Shown here piece after piece: positions 35,715 to 49,539 of a stretch of 64,000 nt of DNA. This DNA comes from Octopus sinensis (lineage: Eukaryota). Position numbers and translations under genes: made by a program. A model generated the notes under the pieces. The model worked only from the letters and a program-made list of their open reading frames with translations, was not told where the DNA came from and did no database searches. The DNA lies in contig NC_043000.1 of NCBI RefSeq assembly GCF_006345805.1, positions 64,046,001 to 64,110,000 on the forward strand, read 5' to 3'. How positions within the stretch are numbered: the stretch's first letter is position 1; each line of letters starts with the position of its first letter.

Positions 35715-38040
35715 ACATGATGGCTGCCCTCTTCGTTATCGAGTATGGCCATTGCATGAGGCTTAACAGTTATCAGTGCTGTGATCAAATGTGACTTTTT
35801 AGCCCAGCTAAAGATCTACAATGTCTTGTACAGAATTGGCAGCTAAAACCTTTACCAGCAATAGCTGGCTGTAGCTGTAACTGGGCTTCATGTACCTTTG
35901 CATGTCGTTTAAGTCCTCCCGCCGAATTACTCTCCCTTCTACATACCTGATAGATATGATTAATATGGTGTGTAGCACCACCACCAGTGGCCTGGTTGTC
36001 AATCATCTGTCTCACTTTATGACTATGAAGATGACTCTTGAGTCCAGCTTTACTGAGGCAGGATCTTGCACAGACACTGCATGTCAGCATCATAGGAAGA
36101 CCCTTACCATCTGGAAGTGCAACAGCAATGCCCTTCCTGACATTCATCCTTACTTTCTCATGCGCACAATATTTCTCAAAAGTAGCTGTCCCTTCATGCA
36201 CAATCTTCCCATGTGTCAGGAGAGATGCAAGCATCTCTTAAGGAAGCCTTCAGCAAGTCTTTATACCTCTTTTTTGGTTTATGTGGAGGTTGTTTTCCTT
36301 TAGCTAACTCTCCATAAAAGAGTTGTTTTGGCTTCCTTGAATCCTTGACTAATTTCACTTTTGCATGTACTAGGCAGTGGTCAATCCAACACTCAGCCCC
36401 ACGAAGAACACAAACACACTGCACATCTCATCTGTCATACACCCTAACAAGGATATAATCCAGAATATGCCATTCTTTAGATGTAGGGTGCATCCATGTG
36501 GTCTTAAACTTATTCTTTTGTTGAAACATGGTATTGGTAACACACAGACACAGCTCCTCGCACGTCTGCAGCAGAAGCATACCATTACTATTACACTTTC
36601 CCACCCTGTGCTTTCCAATTACAGCCTATGTGTTAAAATCCCTGCCCACTCTAGCAATAAAGTCACCCAGTACGATGACTTTGTCTGCCCGAGGGATATT
36701 TCTTATAGTGCCCTTCAAAGCATGGTAAAAAGAAACTTTTTCGTCATCAGTATAGCACATAGTTGGAGCATACACACTCACCAAGGTCACATAATTTCCT
36801 TTAACCAAAGGAATTCTCATGGACATAAGATGCTTATTAATCCTGACTAGGAATTCTTCCAACTTGTCCACAAGAGTAGTCTTAACAGCAAATGCCACTC
36901 CAGCCTCTCCTCTAAACTCTTCATTCCTCCCTTTCCAAAAGAATGTATATTTTTCACAAGATTCTTAAAGGTGATCATCTCCAGCTAATCTCATCTCAGA
37001 TAAAGCAACAATGTCAAGATCATAGCATCGAAGCTCCTTCACAACAAGCACAGTCCTTCATTCTCGCAGTCAAGCAGCATCCATACATTCCAACAGCCAA
37101 TATTCAATATTTTATTTGGTTCTATCACAGTAGCATGATGATGGCTGGGTTCAGACTGTGATGCTCTGGAGCCCCTGCTGGGCCAGACTCTTTCATCTGA
37201 TGTGGTTCCAGAGTCCTTACTGCCATTTATTTTTATACTGTTTTGATACATCATTGATTACTTGCTTTTTAAGGCTACAGCCAGCCATTCAGTTGAGACT
37301 CACAGCACTATCAACAATCATGAATTAGTTAATCAATTTAATCAATCAATCAATCAATGTTGTTATCGTACAATGCCTATGCAAGAAGATTTTTATTAAA
37401 GTGAGGAAAGGCTGTGCGCTGAGTTAATCCCACTCACTAAGCAACAGCAGCCATAATCTGAAAAAAGAACAAGTCAACATCATTGGTAACCACTGAGCCA
37501 CAGGTTTTTATGTTAGAGTTATCCCAGCTACCTTAGTTGCCTTCTCCTAGTAGGATGCCCTAACAAAGGCTAGGGGTCTTTCACTCCCAATGGTTTAACC
37601 ACATGATTGGGTATTCAGTCCGATTATTTCTATGTCTCCGCACATGATACAGCCATAAGTTGGATAAGATAGATATAAGGAAAAAAAAAAAAAATATATG
37701 ATATATAAAAAATATTGATATACAAAATATACATGATATGAAGTATACGAAAATATATATAAAAAATATATATAATGAGCAAGCTATAAAAATATACAAT
37801 ATATAAAATTAGTGAGAAAAAGAGAGATATACAGTAAATATATAATTACACATATATTGGATGGCCGCTGACTCTCAAGAGTTCCTCTGCCCTTTTTTTT
37901 CATCCTGCAGAGTGTCCAATAAACACCCTCCTCACCAAGCAAGCTTGGTGGGGTTACCGGTTTAGTCACCAACGGCCCGACCATGCAACAGGTTGTACTG
38001 GGTTACATGTTACCAGTAGCACTCGAAAGTGACCTGACAT
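35715..38040 (-). mobile_element. RTE-clade LINE derivative: 5' UTR, AP endonuclease, RT missing, C-terminal triple C2H2-like finger
   Basis: LNIGCWNV, VSVYAPT, VIVLGDFIARVG, WIDHCLV then directly PKQLFYGEL..KRYKD, followed by CSVC..HLHSH, YQVC..HAKVH, CQFC..H; RTE-like 5' UTR blocks at 37480-37660 and 37860-38040. Confidence 0.82.
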
Positions 38041-38481
38041 AACATACATAAATACATACATACATATCAGGAAATTGTAAGGATTTTTTTAGACATTGAC
38101 TGATAAGGAATTAGCTATGAATTTTCTGTTATGTTTTTGTAAAATTTTCCATTTGTGCATTTGTTAAATTTTTGAAAAAAAAAAAAATATATATGCAAAG
38201 GGCTTCTCTCAGTTTCCATCTACCAAATCTACTCACAAGGCTTTGGTCAGTACAAGGTTATAGTGGAAGACACTTGCCCAAGTATCTCACAGTAGGAGCA
38301 AACTTGGAAATGTGATTACAAACATAACTATGTGTTAGTAAACAGGAATATTTCTTCCAGCCTAAAGTTTTCATATTTAAAGGTTTTCTTTCCTGAGTGT
38401 CTGATAATACAGTACTTGTACCATGTCCTTGCATTATTGTTTTTTCTTGTTTGTTCTTCTTTGTTTGGATTCACTACATAG

Positions 38482-38482
<1 letters not shown>

Positions 38483-38512
<30 letters not shown>

Positions 38513-38637
38513 TGTATGTATGTATGTATGTATGTATGTATGTATGTATGTATGTATGTATGTATGTATGTATGTATGTATGTATGTATGTATGTATGTA
38601 TGTATGCATGCATGCATGCATGCATGCATGCATGTAT
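38483..38637. repeat. (TATG)n-(CATG)n microsatellite
   Basis: Long pure tatg tract grading into catg; explains the MYVC/HTYI ORFs. Confidence 0.97.
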
Positions 38638-39799
38638 GTCATCATCATCATGTTTATTTTTCCTGTTGGCATCTTTAATGTAGTGGGTTAGTTTATGAGA
38701 TTGCTATTCATTTTAAAGATGCATCATCTTTTCTATGAAACCAAACATCTTTCATTGTTTCTAACCTCACCACATCTTCTTATGTCTTTCTCAATATTCA
38801 CTTAGTCATATGAACCTTCCACAATTCAAGGCACTTCTTCACCCACCATTTCCACCACCTACCTATCCATCCATCCATCCATCTATCCATTTACTTAAAA
38901 AATCCATGAGCAGCAAGTTATTATGATAACATACTCAACAGATTACATTCAACTTATTTCTCTGTAACCAACATGTTCCAAAGTATCACAGCTGTTGCAC
39001 TGGCAGAGAAACTCATGGCTGCCATGACTCCCTGAAGTTCTCCATTGTAGATCCCATACTTCCATAGCATTCAAATTATGCCATTATTTCTTAGCCCATT
39101 CAAATAAGAGAAGCTATCAATTACATATAGTATACATAGACAAGTCTTTTATCAATATGGAATAATTGCAGTGACCATGACCTCAGCAGACTCTCTGAGG
39201 TGAATATCAAGTAGTTTTAGATTGTAACCTACAGGAAAACTTAGGTGAAGAGGAGAATTGTAAAGAGCTAGAAATAATATTAAGTTAAACTAATTACTAT
39301 TGGACTTGAGTAATGAGATACAGACAATAAAGGATGATGTGAAGAGGAGAGCATGTGCTTAATTGGAAGTGATATGTTACAAGTTAGTTCAGTCAAACAC
39401 AGGCTGTGATAGTTATGATAGAATAGACAGAGAGGAAAGAGCATGTCTGAGGATCACAGGTTGGGATCATAACTATCTCTTTGCTAATCAATGAGATGAC
39501 CTTCCATTAGGTGTTATCTAAAATGTTTGTTTATGTAGTAGCAGCCCAGTCTCATGTCTCAGTAGTTTACTATTGTGGGTCTCGAGTTTCAAAGGTGAAC
39601 AACAATCAACCAGAGCTGAAAAATTTTGCAGGCTTCAAGAAGAATAATCATTTATGTAATGTAATTTTAGCTATATCATGTATATAAGCTTGCCAGTAAA
39701 GATCATTAGAATGTGCAGTGTTTAGCATTTGCTGTGACATAAAGATATTTAGTTGTATTTTCATTAGAGAGGGGAAAGTACAAGATTATTTCCTTGATA

Positions 39800-40190
39800 C
39801 CTTTTCATCTTTTATCTTTTACTCATTTCTGTCATTAGACTGCAGCCCATGCAGGAGCACTGCTTTGAAGAATTTTTAGTCAAATTTATCAACCCCATTA
39901 CTTATTTTTTGCTAAGCCTGATTCTTATTCTATTGGTCTTTTTTGTCAAACCACTAAGTTACAGGGAAATAAACATACCAACATTGATTGTCAAGCAGCA
40001 CTACCTCCTCCAGGCACTTGATGTAGGCCTCCATATTAAGTCTGAGGCTATGTGGGAAGATGAATGGAGGCATAACATCGCCATCACTAGTGATCACTCC
40101 AAACACCATGATGTTGACTGGATGTTTGATCTTTATCACTCTCGGTACATGCACTATCCTCAGATCAACATCCAAACACTCTGACCTGAG
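39800..40190 (-). mobile_element. SINE A 3' part abutting a maT/DD37D-like transposase fragment (39998-40190)
   Basis: KHPVNIMVFGVITSDGDVMPPFIF..LRLNMEAYIKCLEEVVL in ORF 39954-40175; the D-D spacing itself is not present, so family assignment rests on this motif. Confidence 0.75.
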
Positions 40191-40572
40191 TGTTATTTTT
40201 TTTTCCTTGGCTTTTTTTTTTTGTGAGCTATCAACTAATCTTGGCTTCTAGTATACTGCAAAGGACTTTTTCCCCCTTTGTGGCTTATTAAGAGATCAGA
40301 ATAGTAGCTGTTTTTCATGCCTAATAACTGCTATTTCTACCATAACCACATTGGAAACTGGGTACCTTTGAGTTTATTTAAAAGAAAGAGAAAAATGCTT
40401 TACACAATAAATTCTGATATAATCATAATCTACACCATCTGAGATGTATATACAAAGAATTTTATTAACAAATTATCCATGTTTCAGAAAGTTACCACAC
40501 ACAAATACATACACATATAAACACACACATATACATACACACACACTTATATAAATATATACATAATATGTT

Positions 40573-40610
<38 letters not shown>

Positions 40611-40614
40611 TATC

Positions 40615-40860
40615 ATTATCATCATCATTTAACGTCCTTTTTCCATGCTGGCATGGGTTGGATGGTTTCACAGGGGTCAACAAGCCAGGGGCTACATCTG
40701 GCACCCATCTGGTATGTTTCTTGTAGCTGGATACCCTTCTAATGCCACCACTTTAGAACACATGTGGTACCACATGGGAGCATGGTTTTAACAGCTGGAT
40801 GTCCTTCCTAATGCCATCATTTTACAGCACAGACTGGGTGCTTTTACGTGGCACTGCACG
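40615..40860 (-). mobile_element. RTE-tailed non-autonomous element
   Basis: catcatcatttaacgtccttttccatgctggcatgggttgg and duplicated gctggat..ccttc.taatgcc. Confidence 0.75.
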
Positions 40861-41139
40861 GTAGCATAGTTTCAACAACTGGACTTTTATATTTTTATGA
40901 TTTTTGTATTTTTATGATTCTATAGACCTTGATGCAAGTTGACTGGGAGCCTGAGGTCCACCAAAATTGTTCCCAATTGGGCCCTGCACCTCCTAAGGCT
41001 GGCCCTGATCAAAGGGCAGTGTTAGAGATTTGGTTGCTATTTTAGCAGGTCAAGTGACCATGTAAGAGCTCCTATGTTGGCTTGAAAAATAAAATAGGCA
41101 GTGGTGGTGGTGGAGGTGGTGGTGGTAGTGGTGGTGGTG

Positions 41140-41186
<47 letters not shown>

Positions 41187-41904
41187 CTGATAGTGAAAAA
41201 GGAATAAGATATCTTAGCAGGGGTTCAGGCAATTCAGGCAATACTAATTCATTGAAATGCTAAATGTCACTTCATGCCAATCACATCTGACATGCTTAAA
41301 TCAAAATTGCTCCAAAATGGCCTTTCAAACCCACCAGTTTCCTTATTACCTTAGGTATTTTTTTTTATATATTTTTTATTTTCTCAAATCCATTTCCTTC
41401 TTTTTCTGATTTTCTTGTAAAGCGACTGTGTTAAAATAACTAAATAACTTCCTTCAGGCACTGAGAGAGATATTTTCTTTCAGTAATTTCATTCACAAAC
41501 TATTATTGAAACATACACAAACTCACATATTCACATACATGCACACACATATGCACATGCACACACACTATCTCACACACACACAATGTAATATTCTCAA
41601 AGATAGAAACTCTTCACTGATTTTTCCCACTCTTTGTTGCTTCTTCCTTCTCTGCTTTAAATTTTTTCTGTTGTTGTTTTTACCATTTTTCGTTGCTTGA
41701 TTTACCAACAGGACTTATAACCAGAAGCTGCAACTATAAGTCCTGTATTGCAAAAGCCTAAAAGAATCATATAATTTCTTTCCATAAACAAACTGTTCAA
41801 CATTCTATAGAAGAAGCATAATAATTTTTGGTGCAGATAAAAGATTGATAACCAAGGAATTATGTATGAAATTACAGAAACAAAAAACAAAAAGCAAAAA
41901 TTTT

Positions 41905-42310
41905 TGTGTGGTTAAGAAGCTTGCTTCCCAGCCATGTGGTCTTGGGCTCAGTGCTGCACAGTGATGCACAACAGGACTGAACCTAAGTCTTTTACTATAG
42001 CTCTGAGCTCACCAATGCCTTGTAAGTGGATTTTGGAAGTGGAACCTGAAAGAAGCCATTGTGTGTGTGTGTGTGTTTGTGTCTGTCTTTGTGCTTATAT
42101 TTGTACCTCACTACCACTTGACAACCAGTGTTGGTTTGTTAATATCTGTAACTTAGCAGTTTGGTATAATAGACTGATCAGATAAGCACCATGTTTTAGA
42201 AATAAGTACCAGGCTTTAGAAATAAGTACTGAAATCGACTTGCTTGACTAAACTCTTCAAGGTCAGCCCTAGCATGGCTGCAGTCCAGTAACTGAAACAA
42301 GTAAAAGATA
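41905..42310 (+). mobile_element. SINE family A copy with small internal duplication
   Basis: Head, (TG)n, tail gaaacaagtaaaaga; ttagaaataagtac occurs twice. Confidence 0.82.
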
Positions 42311-43011
42311 GAAAATAAAAAAAAAACATTAACAAACAATTTTCCTTTGTAGCTGTTGCATGCCAATCATTGGGTATGACCTATCACTAAAATACCTGAT
42401 TTACTTTTCAAAAAGTGGTAGCACCATATATTTTCAACACATCAGTAACTGTCCCCTTTATAGTAACCACTTTTCCTGCTTTCACATCCATAACACCACT
42501 TTCAATTGTACAACTGTCATTTTCAACAGCTAGTCCCTTAGTCAGATCTATTTAATTACATTTAATTTAATGTTTATTTAAAGGGCTGGCACTAAAATGT
42601 CTCTTCCCCTAAGAGGATACTAACATATTTACCACTGTGAACCTTATAGAATAATTTTCACTGATACAAAGACAGATATACTAGTTGATCTGAATGGCAA
42701 TGATTTACATTAAGAGGATATTCAGCAAAATTCAGCTATGAACAATATTTTTCTCAATCTTTTTTTATTACTCTTCTTAGAATAAAGAATAATTACATAT
42801 ATATATATATATATATATATACAACAAGCAGAGAAAGAGAGACATAGTGAGAGAGAGAGAGGACACTCAGCCTTGAAGAGAAGCTATTCACCCTGGAAGA
42901 GAAGCCACTCACTCTCCAGTGAACAAAGACTTCCTAAACATTCTCCAATCAAGATATGAAAAAAATCTAATCTCTTTCAACAGCTCAAATATTCAATCAC
43001 TGCTCAAATGG

Positions 43012-44362
43012 GCACAGGCATGACTGTGTGATAAGAAGCTTGCTTCCCAACCATATGGCTCCAGGTTCAGTTCCACTGCATGGCACTTTGGTCATGTATC
43101 TTCTACTGTAGCTTCAGACCAACCAAAGTCTTGCGAGTGGATTTAGCACTGGCATCAACCACGCTCAAATGATGCTTTTTACATGCCACTGGCATGGGTA
43201 CCAGTCAGGTAGCACTGGCATCGGCCACAACAATGACTCCTCTTGACTCAACAGGTCTTCACAAGCACAGTTTATTGCCCAATGATTGAAGGGTACTCTA
43301 AGATGGGCCAGTTATGCTGCACTGGCATAGGCCACGGTTACAATCTCACTTGGCTTGGTGGGTCATCTCATGCACAGCATATCTCCATGAGGCCAAATGT
43401 TTGAAGGTCATGCTCCACCACCTTATTCCAGGTCTTCCTGGGTCTACCTCTTCCACAGGTTCCCTCTACTGCTAGAGTGTGACACTTTTTAACACAGCTG
43501 TCCTCATCCATATGCAGCACATGACCATACCAATGCAGTCGTCTCTCTTGCATACCACATCTGATGCTTCTTAAGTCCAACTTTTCTTTCAGGGCACTTA
43601 CACTCTATCGTGTATGTACACTAACATTACACGTCCAGCAGATCATACTAGCTTCATTTCTTGCAAGCTTACGCATGTCCTCTGTAGTCATGGCCCATGT
43701 TTCACTGCCATGTAGCATGGCTGTTCGCACACATGCGTCATACAGTCTACCTTTTACTTTGTGCGAGAGGCCCTTTGTTACCTGCAGAGGTAAGAGCTCT
43801 TCGAACTTTGCCCAGGCTATTCTTATTCTAGCAGCTATCCTCAGGTAATGGAAGCTATCAACTACTTCTAGTTTTTCCCCCTGGGATGTGGCAGAAGTTG
43901 TTCTCTGCACATTTTCAGTGTTTATTGCCCCTGAGCCTTTGCTACACACAAAAACTATCTTCCCAGTTAGCCTTCCTTTAATATTGCTGCACCTCTTATG
44001 TGTCCATAGTGTACACCGGGTACATCGTATGGAGTTTCTACCTATGCCTTTTCTACAGATCAAGCAGGGCCATCTACCTGAAGAGATTTATGATTTGTCT
44101 GCCTTCCTACTTATTAAGGCTTTTAGTTTTTGCTAGATAGATTCTAAGGCCCTTCAATTCTAGACCTTGCTTCCACACCTGAAACTTCTCTAATTCTAAT
44201 AGTGACTCAGCTATTAGGGCAAGGTCATCAACAGGGGCATCCTGTCTTGAATTCCTCTGTTATTGCCTGGAGGACTATGATGAATAAGAGGGGGCTGAAG
44301 AATGATCCTTGGTGGACCCCTACCCCTACCCGGAATTCTTTACTATACTCACTGCCAAACCT
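43012..44362 (-). mobile_element. RTE LINE fragment (43146-44362, minus) abutting a SINE A head (43012-43145, plus)
   Basis: ORFs 43368-43580, 43605-44063 and 44228-44410 are degenerate versions of the 547-aa ORF, including the Cys/His finger. Confidence 0.9.
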
Positions 44363-44374
44363 GGACAAGGTTGT

Positions 44375-44510
44375 GTGGTGTTCAATTATAAAAATAAATA
44401 AAAGATACACATTAAGTACAGGACATCACCAACGTGTGAAGAATACATAAACACACAGAGATGAGTCCTGTATTTAATGTGTATTTTTTATTTATAGTGA
44501 TGTGAAACAC
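44375..44510. repeat. Imperfect inverted repeat
   Basis: aaataaaagatacacattaagtacaggacatc pairs with gatgagtcctgtatttaatgtgtatttttattt. Confidence 0.65.
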
Positions 44511-44650
44511 CCAGACTGAAGAAGTCAGAAAGACCATGATGGTGCTCCAGCATGACCACAGCAGCATAGCTGAAATGAGTAAAAGAGTGTGTATGCACAT
44601 GTATGTGTGTGTGTGTGTATGTATGTATATATATATATATATTATATATA

Positions 44651-44688
<38 letters not shown>

Positions 44689-45039
44689 CACATTATTGAA
44701 ATAAAAATTTTCCCCAAAATTGAACATATTTATAGAACCTGACACACATATATACATACAATTCACCCACATACACACAAATATTTTACCAAAACATCCT
44801 CATAAACACTCCCAAACATTCACATACAAACATACATATTGACCCTTACACTAAAAATACAATAAATTTCTTCAAATTCAGCAGCTGACCCAAGCAGTTT
44901 TGGATGAATAGGTTTATCTTTTGATGTCTAATGTCACTAAAGGGTAGAAAGTATGTCTTTTCCTTTTTCTTTTAAAGACCTTGTGAATTTTTAAAAAATA
45001 CTTCAGGGAGACTACCTTTATGAAATGTGGAAGTATAGA

Positions 45040-45124
45040 ATGTGGCCCTCTTGAGCACGGGGACCCCCTTTGGTGCAGGGCCTGATTGGGAGCAATCAGT
45101 CCAATTGGCTTAAGGCCAGCCCTG
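45040..45124. mobile_element. hAT-type MITE terminus
   Basis: Ends taaggccagccctg; related end taaggctggccctg at about 40993-41006; another hAT-like end ctagctatgccactg at 57775-57789. Confidence 0.5.
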
Positions 45125-46856
45125 CCTTTGATTACAGGTCCACTTGATAAGAGCTGATGAGGCTAATCAACAACAACAACAACAACAACCACTTTTCCTT
45201 ATCTTGCACCTTAATCATTGGCTCTTTCAGAGTATTGCTTGGCCCCAGTGAAACTGACTTGCTTTCAGGAAGTATACTTCTTTTTTTTCTTTTGTTACTC
45301 ATTTGAGAAGTTCTAATTGATGATGGGTCTCCCATCAAGTAAGTGAATGATCTTTGTCAGCAATAATCATTCAGTTGTTTGACCAGCTGAGTTATAATCT
45401 ACTCAAATTTAGACCAATTGAGCTATCTACCCAAATTTAAATTAATCTGTAAGAGGTTTTTGTATTTTACAGACATACAACATTTTTGGTATGTCTCAGT
45501 GTTGAGAATCTGATTCTATTAAATTTATTTTCATGTTTTACAACAGGTATGGTCAACTTTTTTGGAGAATCAAGCCGCATGATTCAGGTTTATCATCAGG
45601 TGAACCACATTACTAAAAACATTCAAAGTAATTTGTTTTGTTGGCATGCCATTCAGAAAGTCCCATAGCCTGCTTTAAGATATGGATAAAGATAAGCTTA
45701 TACAATAGAATTTATGCATAAATTTTGCTATATAAGACTATTTTTGAACTAAAAAAATCTAGCTAGAAAGACATAAGAAGCAGAGCACAGTTGGGTCCAA
45801 AAGTTCTTGTTGTTGACCTGCCTCCCTCCATCAAAGCCTCATTCTTCAAGACTTCACTGTTTTATGTTCACTTTCAAAGCATTCACTTCCAATATGGCAT
45901 TATCTCTTCTGGAGACAATTCCCAATAATAATTATAATTTATCCCAGTCATCAGTGGTGCCTTTTACCTCACACTGGCCAATGAAAGCTGGTGGATGGAC
46001 AATTTGTCAGACAGATCCCAATTCAGTGGGTATCCGGTAGACTACTGAAGCAGAATGCATCTCTTACTCACACAGTACCTTTGCTCCACAAGACTCCTCA
46101 TGATAGAAAGAAAGACAATATAAATCCGATCACTACAATCAATCACCATCTAAAACAATTTATGCAAATTTACTTTGTTCTTTTGGTCCTTATATTCTTA
46201 CTGACACATGTATCCTAATGTAGTTCTCAGACTGAATCAGTATGACACAATAAGTAGCAAGGCTGGACCTTCGAATTACAGGTACAATCCATCTGATGGG
46301 ATCCCATTCAGTTTCCATTATGTGTCCAATTTCACTCAGAGCTTGGATCTCACTAAATCTATAGTAAAAGAAAGACACTTGTCCAAAATACCACACAATT
46401 GAACTGGCCACTGAACTTCATGATTCTGTCAACCATGTCATATATATATATATATATATATACATACACACACACAAGATGAAAATGTGTGTGTTTTCAT
46501 AGTGTATATTTATTTCATTTTGGTTATGTTCACATTCTGTTGTGTTTGTTTTCATCTCTGTCCTTTGTCTGTTTGCTATATGACTTGTCTTGAGCTGCAA
46601 GGCCTTATTTTATATCATTTTGTTTGTATAATGTATATTTATTTCATTTTTGTTTTTATGTTCACATTTTGTCATGTTTGGTCCCTTGTTTGTTTGCTTG
46701 CTATCTCCCAGTGGCTTCTCATTGTTGATGCCTCCAAAGGGGAACAATATTATCATTAAAGGCTTGAAATAGTTATGATCCTTTGGACAATAATTGATGA
46801 AGATTTAACAACATTTGATGTGTGTATTTTTTGTTAGCTGTATTTCTATATAGTTT

Positions 46857-46888
<32 letters not shown>

Positions 46889-46894
<6 letters not shown>

Positions 46895-47165
46895 ATTAGG
46901 GCTTAGTAAAATAAATTACTTTGCCACATACTGAACTTGCTAGAAATAGCAGCCAAAAAAAAGTTTTTTTGCCATTTCCACTACTTAAAGAAAATTTCTC
47001 TCAGATAATGTTTACTCAAAATAACTCACGAAGGTATGGAGGTAAAAACAGAAAAATATCACAAGTACAAAGATTATTTGAGAACGTTAACGTTTCTAGA
47101 TTAGCCAAATAAACTCAGCAAGTATGTGGCAAAGTAATTTATTTTACTAAGCCCTAATTATATAA
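46889..47165. repeat. (TA)n-associated element with perfect 44-bp inverted arms
   Basis: tatataattagggcttagtaaaataaattactttgccacatact / agtatgtggcaaagtaatttattttactaagccctaattatata. Confidence 0.9.
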
Positions 47166-47284
47166 TGTAATATTTTGAATTCGCCTTAAATGGTCCTTTT
47201 ACATACTGAATACTTGGTGAAATTGATTAATAACTAATTAATTTTACCCTCAATTGTTGATATATATATATATATATATACCAT

Positions 47285-47875
47285 GGACTCTTCCGTTGTT
47301 AGACGATGTATGAGGGTTCAGCAATTTCTTGTCAAACAACCTCACAGATGATTTGTTGATAGTGAGCACCATCTGTCACATGTCAGATGATGAAATGAGA
47401 ACAGAGCAATGTGAAAATGAAGTGCTTTTGCTCAAGAACATAATGCAATGACCCATCTGGGAATCGAACCCATGATCTTGCAATTGTGAGTGCAACACCC
47501 TAACCACTAAGCCATGTGCTTTCACATATACATACATACATGCATACACACACAAACACAAACACACACACAAATATATATGATGGGGCCGCCCATTGAA
47601 GACAATGTTTAAGTTCGGTTTTGGTTGAACAACCTGTACAAATTTGTTTATGGTGATTAAATGTATGTGCTGTGCACATTAGCTTAATCCCTCCATCATA
47701 TTGACACTACATGAACAGGTGCACAGTGCACCACATGTCAGGTGTTGAAGTGATTGCAGAGCAACTTGAGATGAAGGGTTTTGCTCAAGAAACAGTGCAT
47801 CACCCAGTCCAGGAATTAAAACCATGATCTTGCAATCATGTGTGTAACACCCTAACCACTAGGCCATACGCACTC
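47285..47875 (-). mobile_element. Two tRNA-derived SINEs (family C) in tandem
   Basis: ttgctcaagaa..ggaatcgaaccc..caccctaaccactaagcca at 47430-47520 and 47780-47870. Confidence 0.75.
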
Positions 47876-47924
47876 ACATGTGTGTGTGTATGTTCATGGA
47901 TGTGTGGGTGGATGTTTGTGTAAT

Positions 47925-48160
47925 CTTATCTTGACATCATGCAATAGTTGTAAATAAGCATCACCATCACACATGCAGTGTCCTTCATTTCCAATCTTAT
48001 GTGGTAGCATGTCTGACTATAGGGAAATATTACTTCGCTTTGGAAACAGGTAAGGACTGACAACAGGAAGAGCATCCAGCTGTAGAAAATCTGCCTCAAT
48101 GAATTTATCCAACCCATGCAAACATGTAAAAATGGACATTAAAACAATGATGATGATGAT
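47925..48160 (+). mobile_element. RTE-tailed SINE-like element
   Basis: Reverse complement of 35460-35700; ends aacccatgcaaacatg..atgatgatgat. Confidence 0.75.
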
Positions 48161-49539
48161 AGTGTTACAAATATATAGTGTTTATATTAAGATATTAATG
48201 ATTCTGGGGCCACTGATAAAGTACACCATGAGCTTTCAGCATAATCTGTAGAGGAGAAATTATTTGGAGTTATTGACAATTTGATATTGAAAAGATTTTG
48301 TTAGCTTAGTTCACAGACTTATATTCTGAAAGCTTAGTAGAGTTAGATATGGTCTGTTTTATTTATTACTAATTTCTCTATGTTATAAACGCATGGGGGT
48401 CATGGGTGATTGAGGGGGTCACATAGGTGTTATTTTTAGTTGAAAATCATTTTATTGATCACAGTTAAAGGTTTTGAACTCAAGCTGAAGGCTAATCAAT
48501 TATAGAATCTAGGCCATTGCTCTTCCACCAATCCACAATCAACTATTGTAAATTGTGGTGTTGCTAGAGCAATTTCTGATCGAAATAATGAGTTTATTGA
48601 TCATGCTCTATTACACCTTTTTTTATGGATGTCAAAGCTAGTTTAGTCATTATAGAAATATATGTAATTTTATCTTGAGATCCTAGAGTAACTGGTTAAA
48701 TTTCATAACATAAATTCCATCAGTCTATGCAAGCATGGAAAAGGGAAATTTAAATAATGATGATGATTATGATAATAATATATGGCTGCTGTAACATTGA
48801 GATATTGTATATTTAGATTCCTGTACTGTTGCCTAATTTAAATAGTAATAGTCTTTTATGAATAGTTAAAATATTACTTATTTTAAAATTCATATTGTAA
48901 ATTTTGTTTTGAGATATCTACGAAGTCTCACTCATTTAATCTGGAAAAAGTACAAATATATTATTTTTACCAGAAAATGATTATTTTTAATAAGTAGCTA
49001 CAAGCTGTAGTTGTAAATGCACCTACATCAGAGACTCTTGTAAAGCAAGTCTAGCTAACTGTAATAAGAGCTGTTGATATAGTGACAATTTATCCTCTTG
49101 TTTTGGATATGGTTCATAGGGCAGAATTCCTCTGTTTGTCCATGATGTTATCTGGCCTTTCTTTGTTTACGATGCAATGCTTAGGGCTCCCTGCAATTCA
49201 AACTGTCTTAAATGCTGGTATTGCACTTTGTAATTCTCAGATATTTTACACAATGTGAACAATATAATGGAATTTATAGATCTAGATTAAGTATAATGCT
49301 CAAGAAGGTTCTTTCACTAGAGCGGGCCTGTCACTTTTATTAAACTTTTAAATAAATATTGCAATGAGGAAATAATCATTTGACTCACTCAGCTTTGATC
49401 TATTCTTAGTTTGGGAAACATGAAAACACAATACCTTAAATTTCTAATTAAACTAGAAAGTTAACTAAAATGTTTGAATTAAGGATAGAGCAATGACTCA
49501 AGGGTTGAAGATTGATCTTTATTGTTCTAATGATAGAGA

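Noticed and set aside
35785-36234. Host C2H2 zinc-finger gene
   Set aside because: Contiguous with RTE C-terminal motifs and endonuclease remnants, lacks TGEKP linkers, and one finger has lost a Cys.
45132-45338. ORF with RKKRS furin/NLS-like motif
   Set aside because: The motif derives from a poly-T run and the Leu tract from a (CAA)n repeat tail.
46487-46690. Hydrophobic Cys/Phe-rich ORF
   Set aside because: Arises from a degenerate T-rich tandem duplication (gtatatttatttcattt..ttatgttcacatt twice).
49020-49270. Long nearly open minus-strand frame in unique DNA
   Set aside because: Contains an internal stop, has no recognised homology and no convincing exon boundaries.
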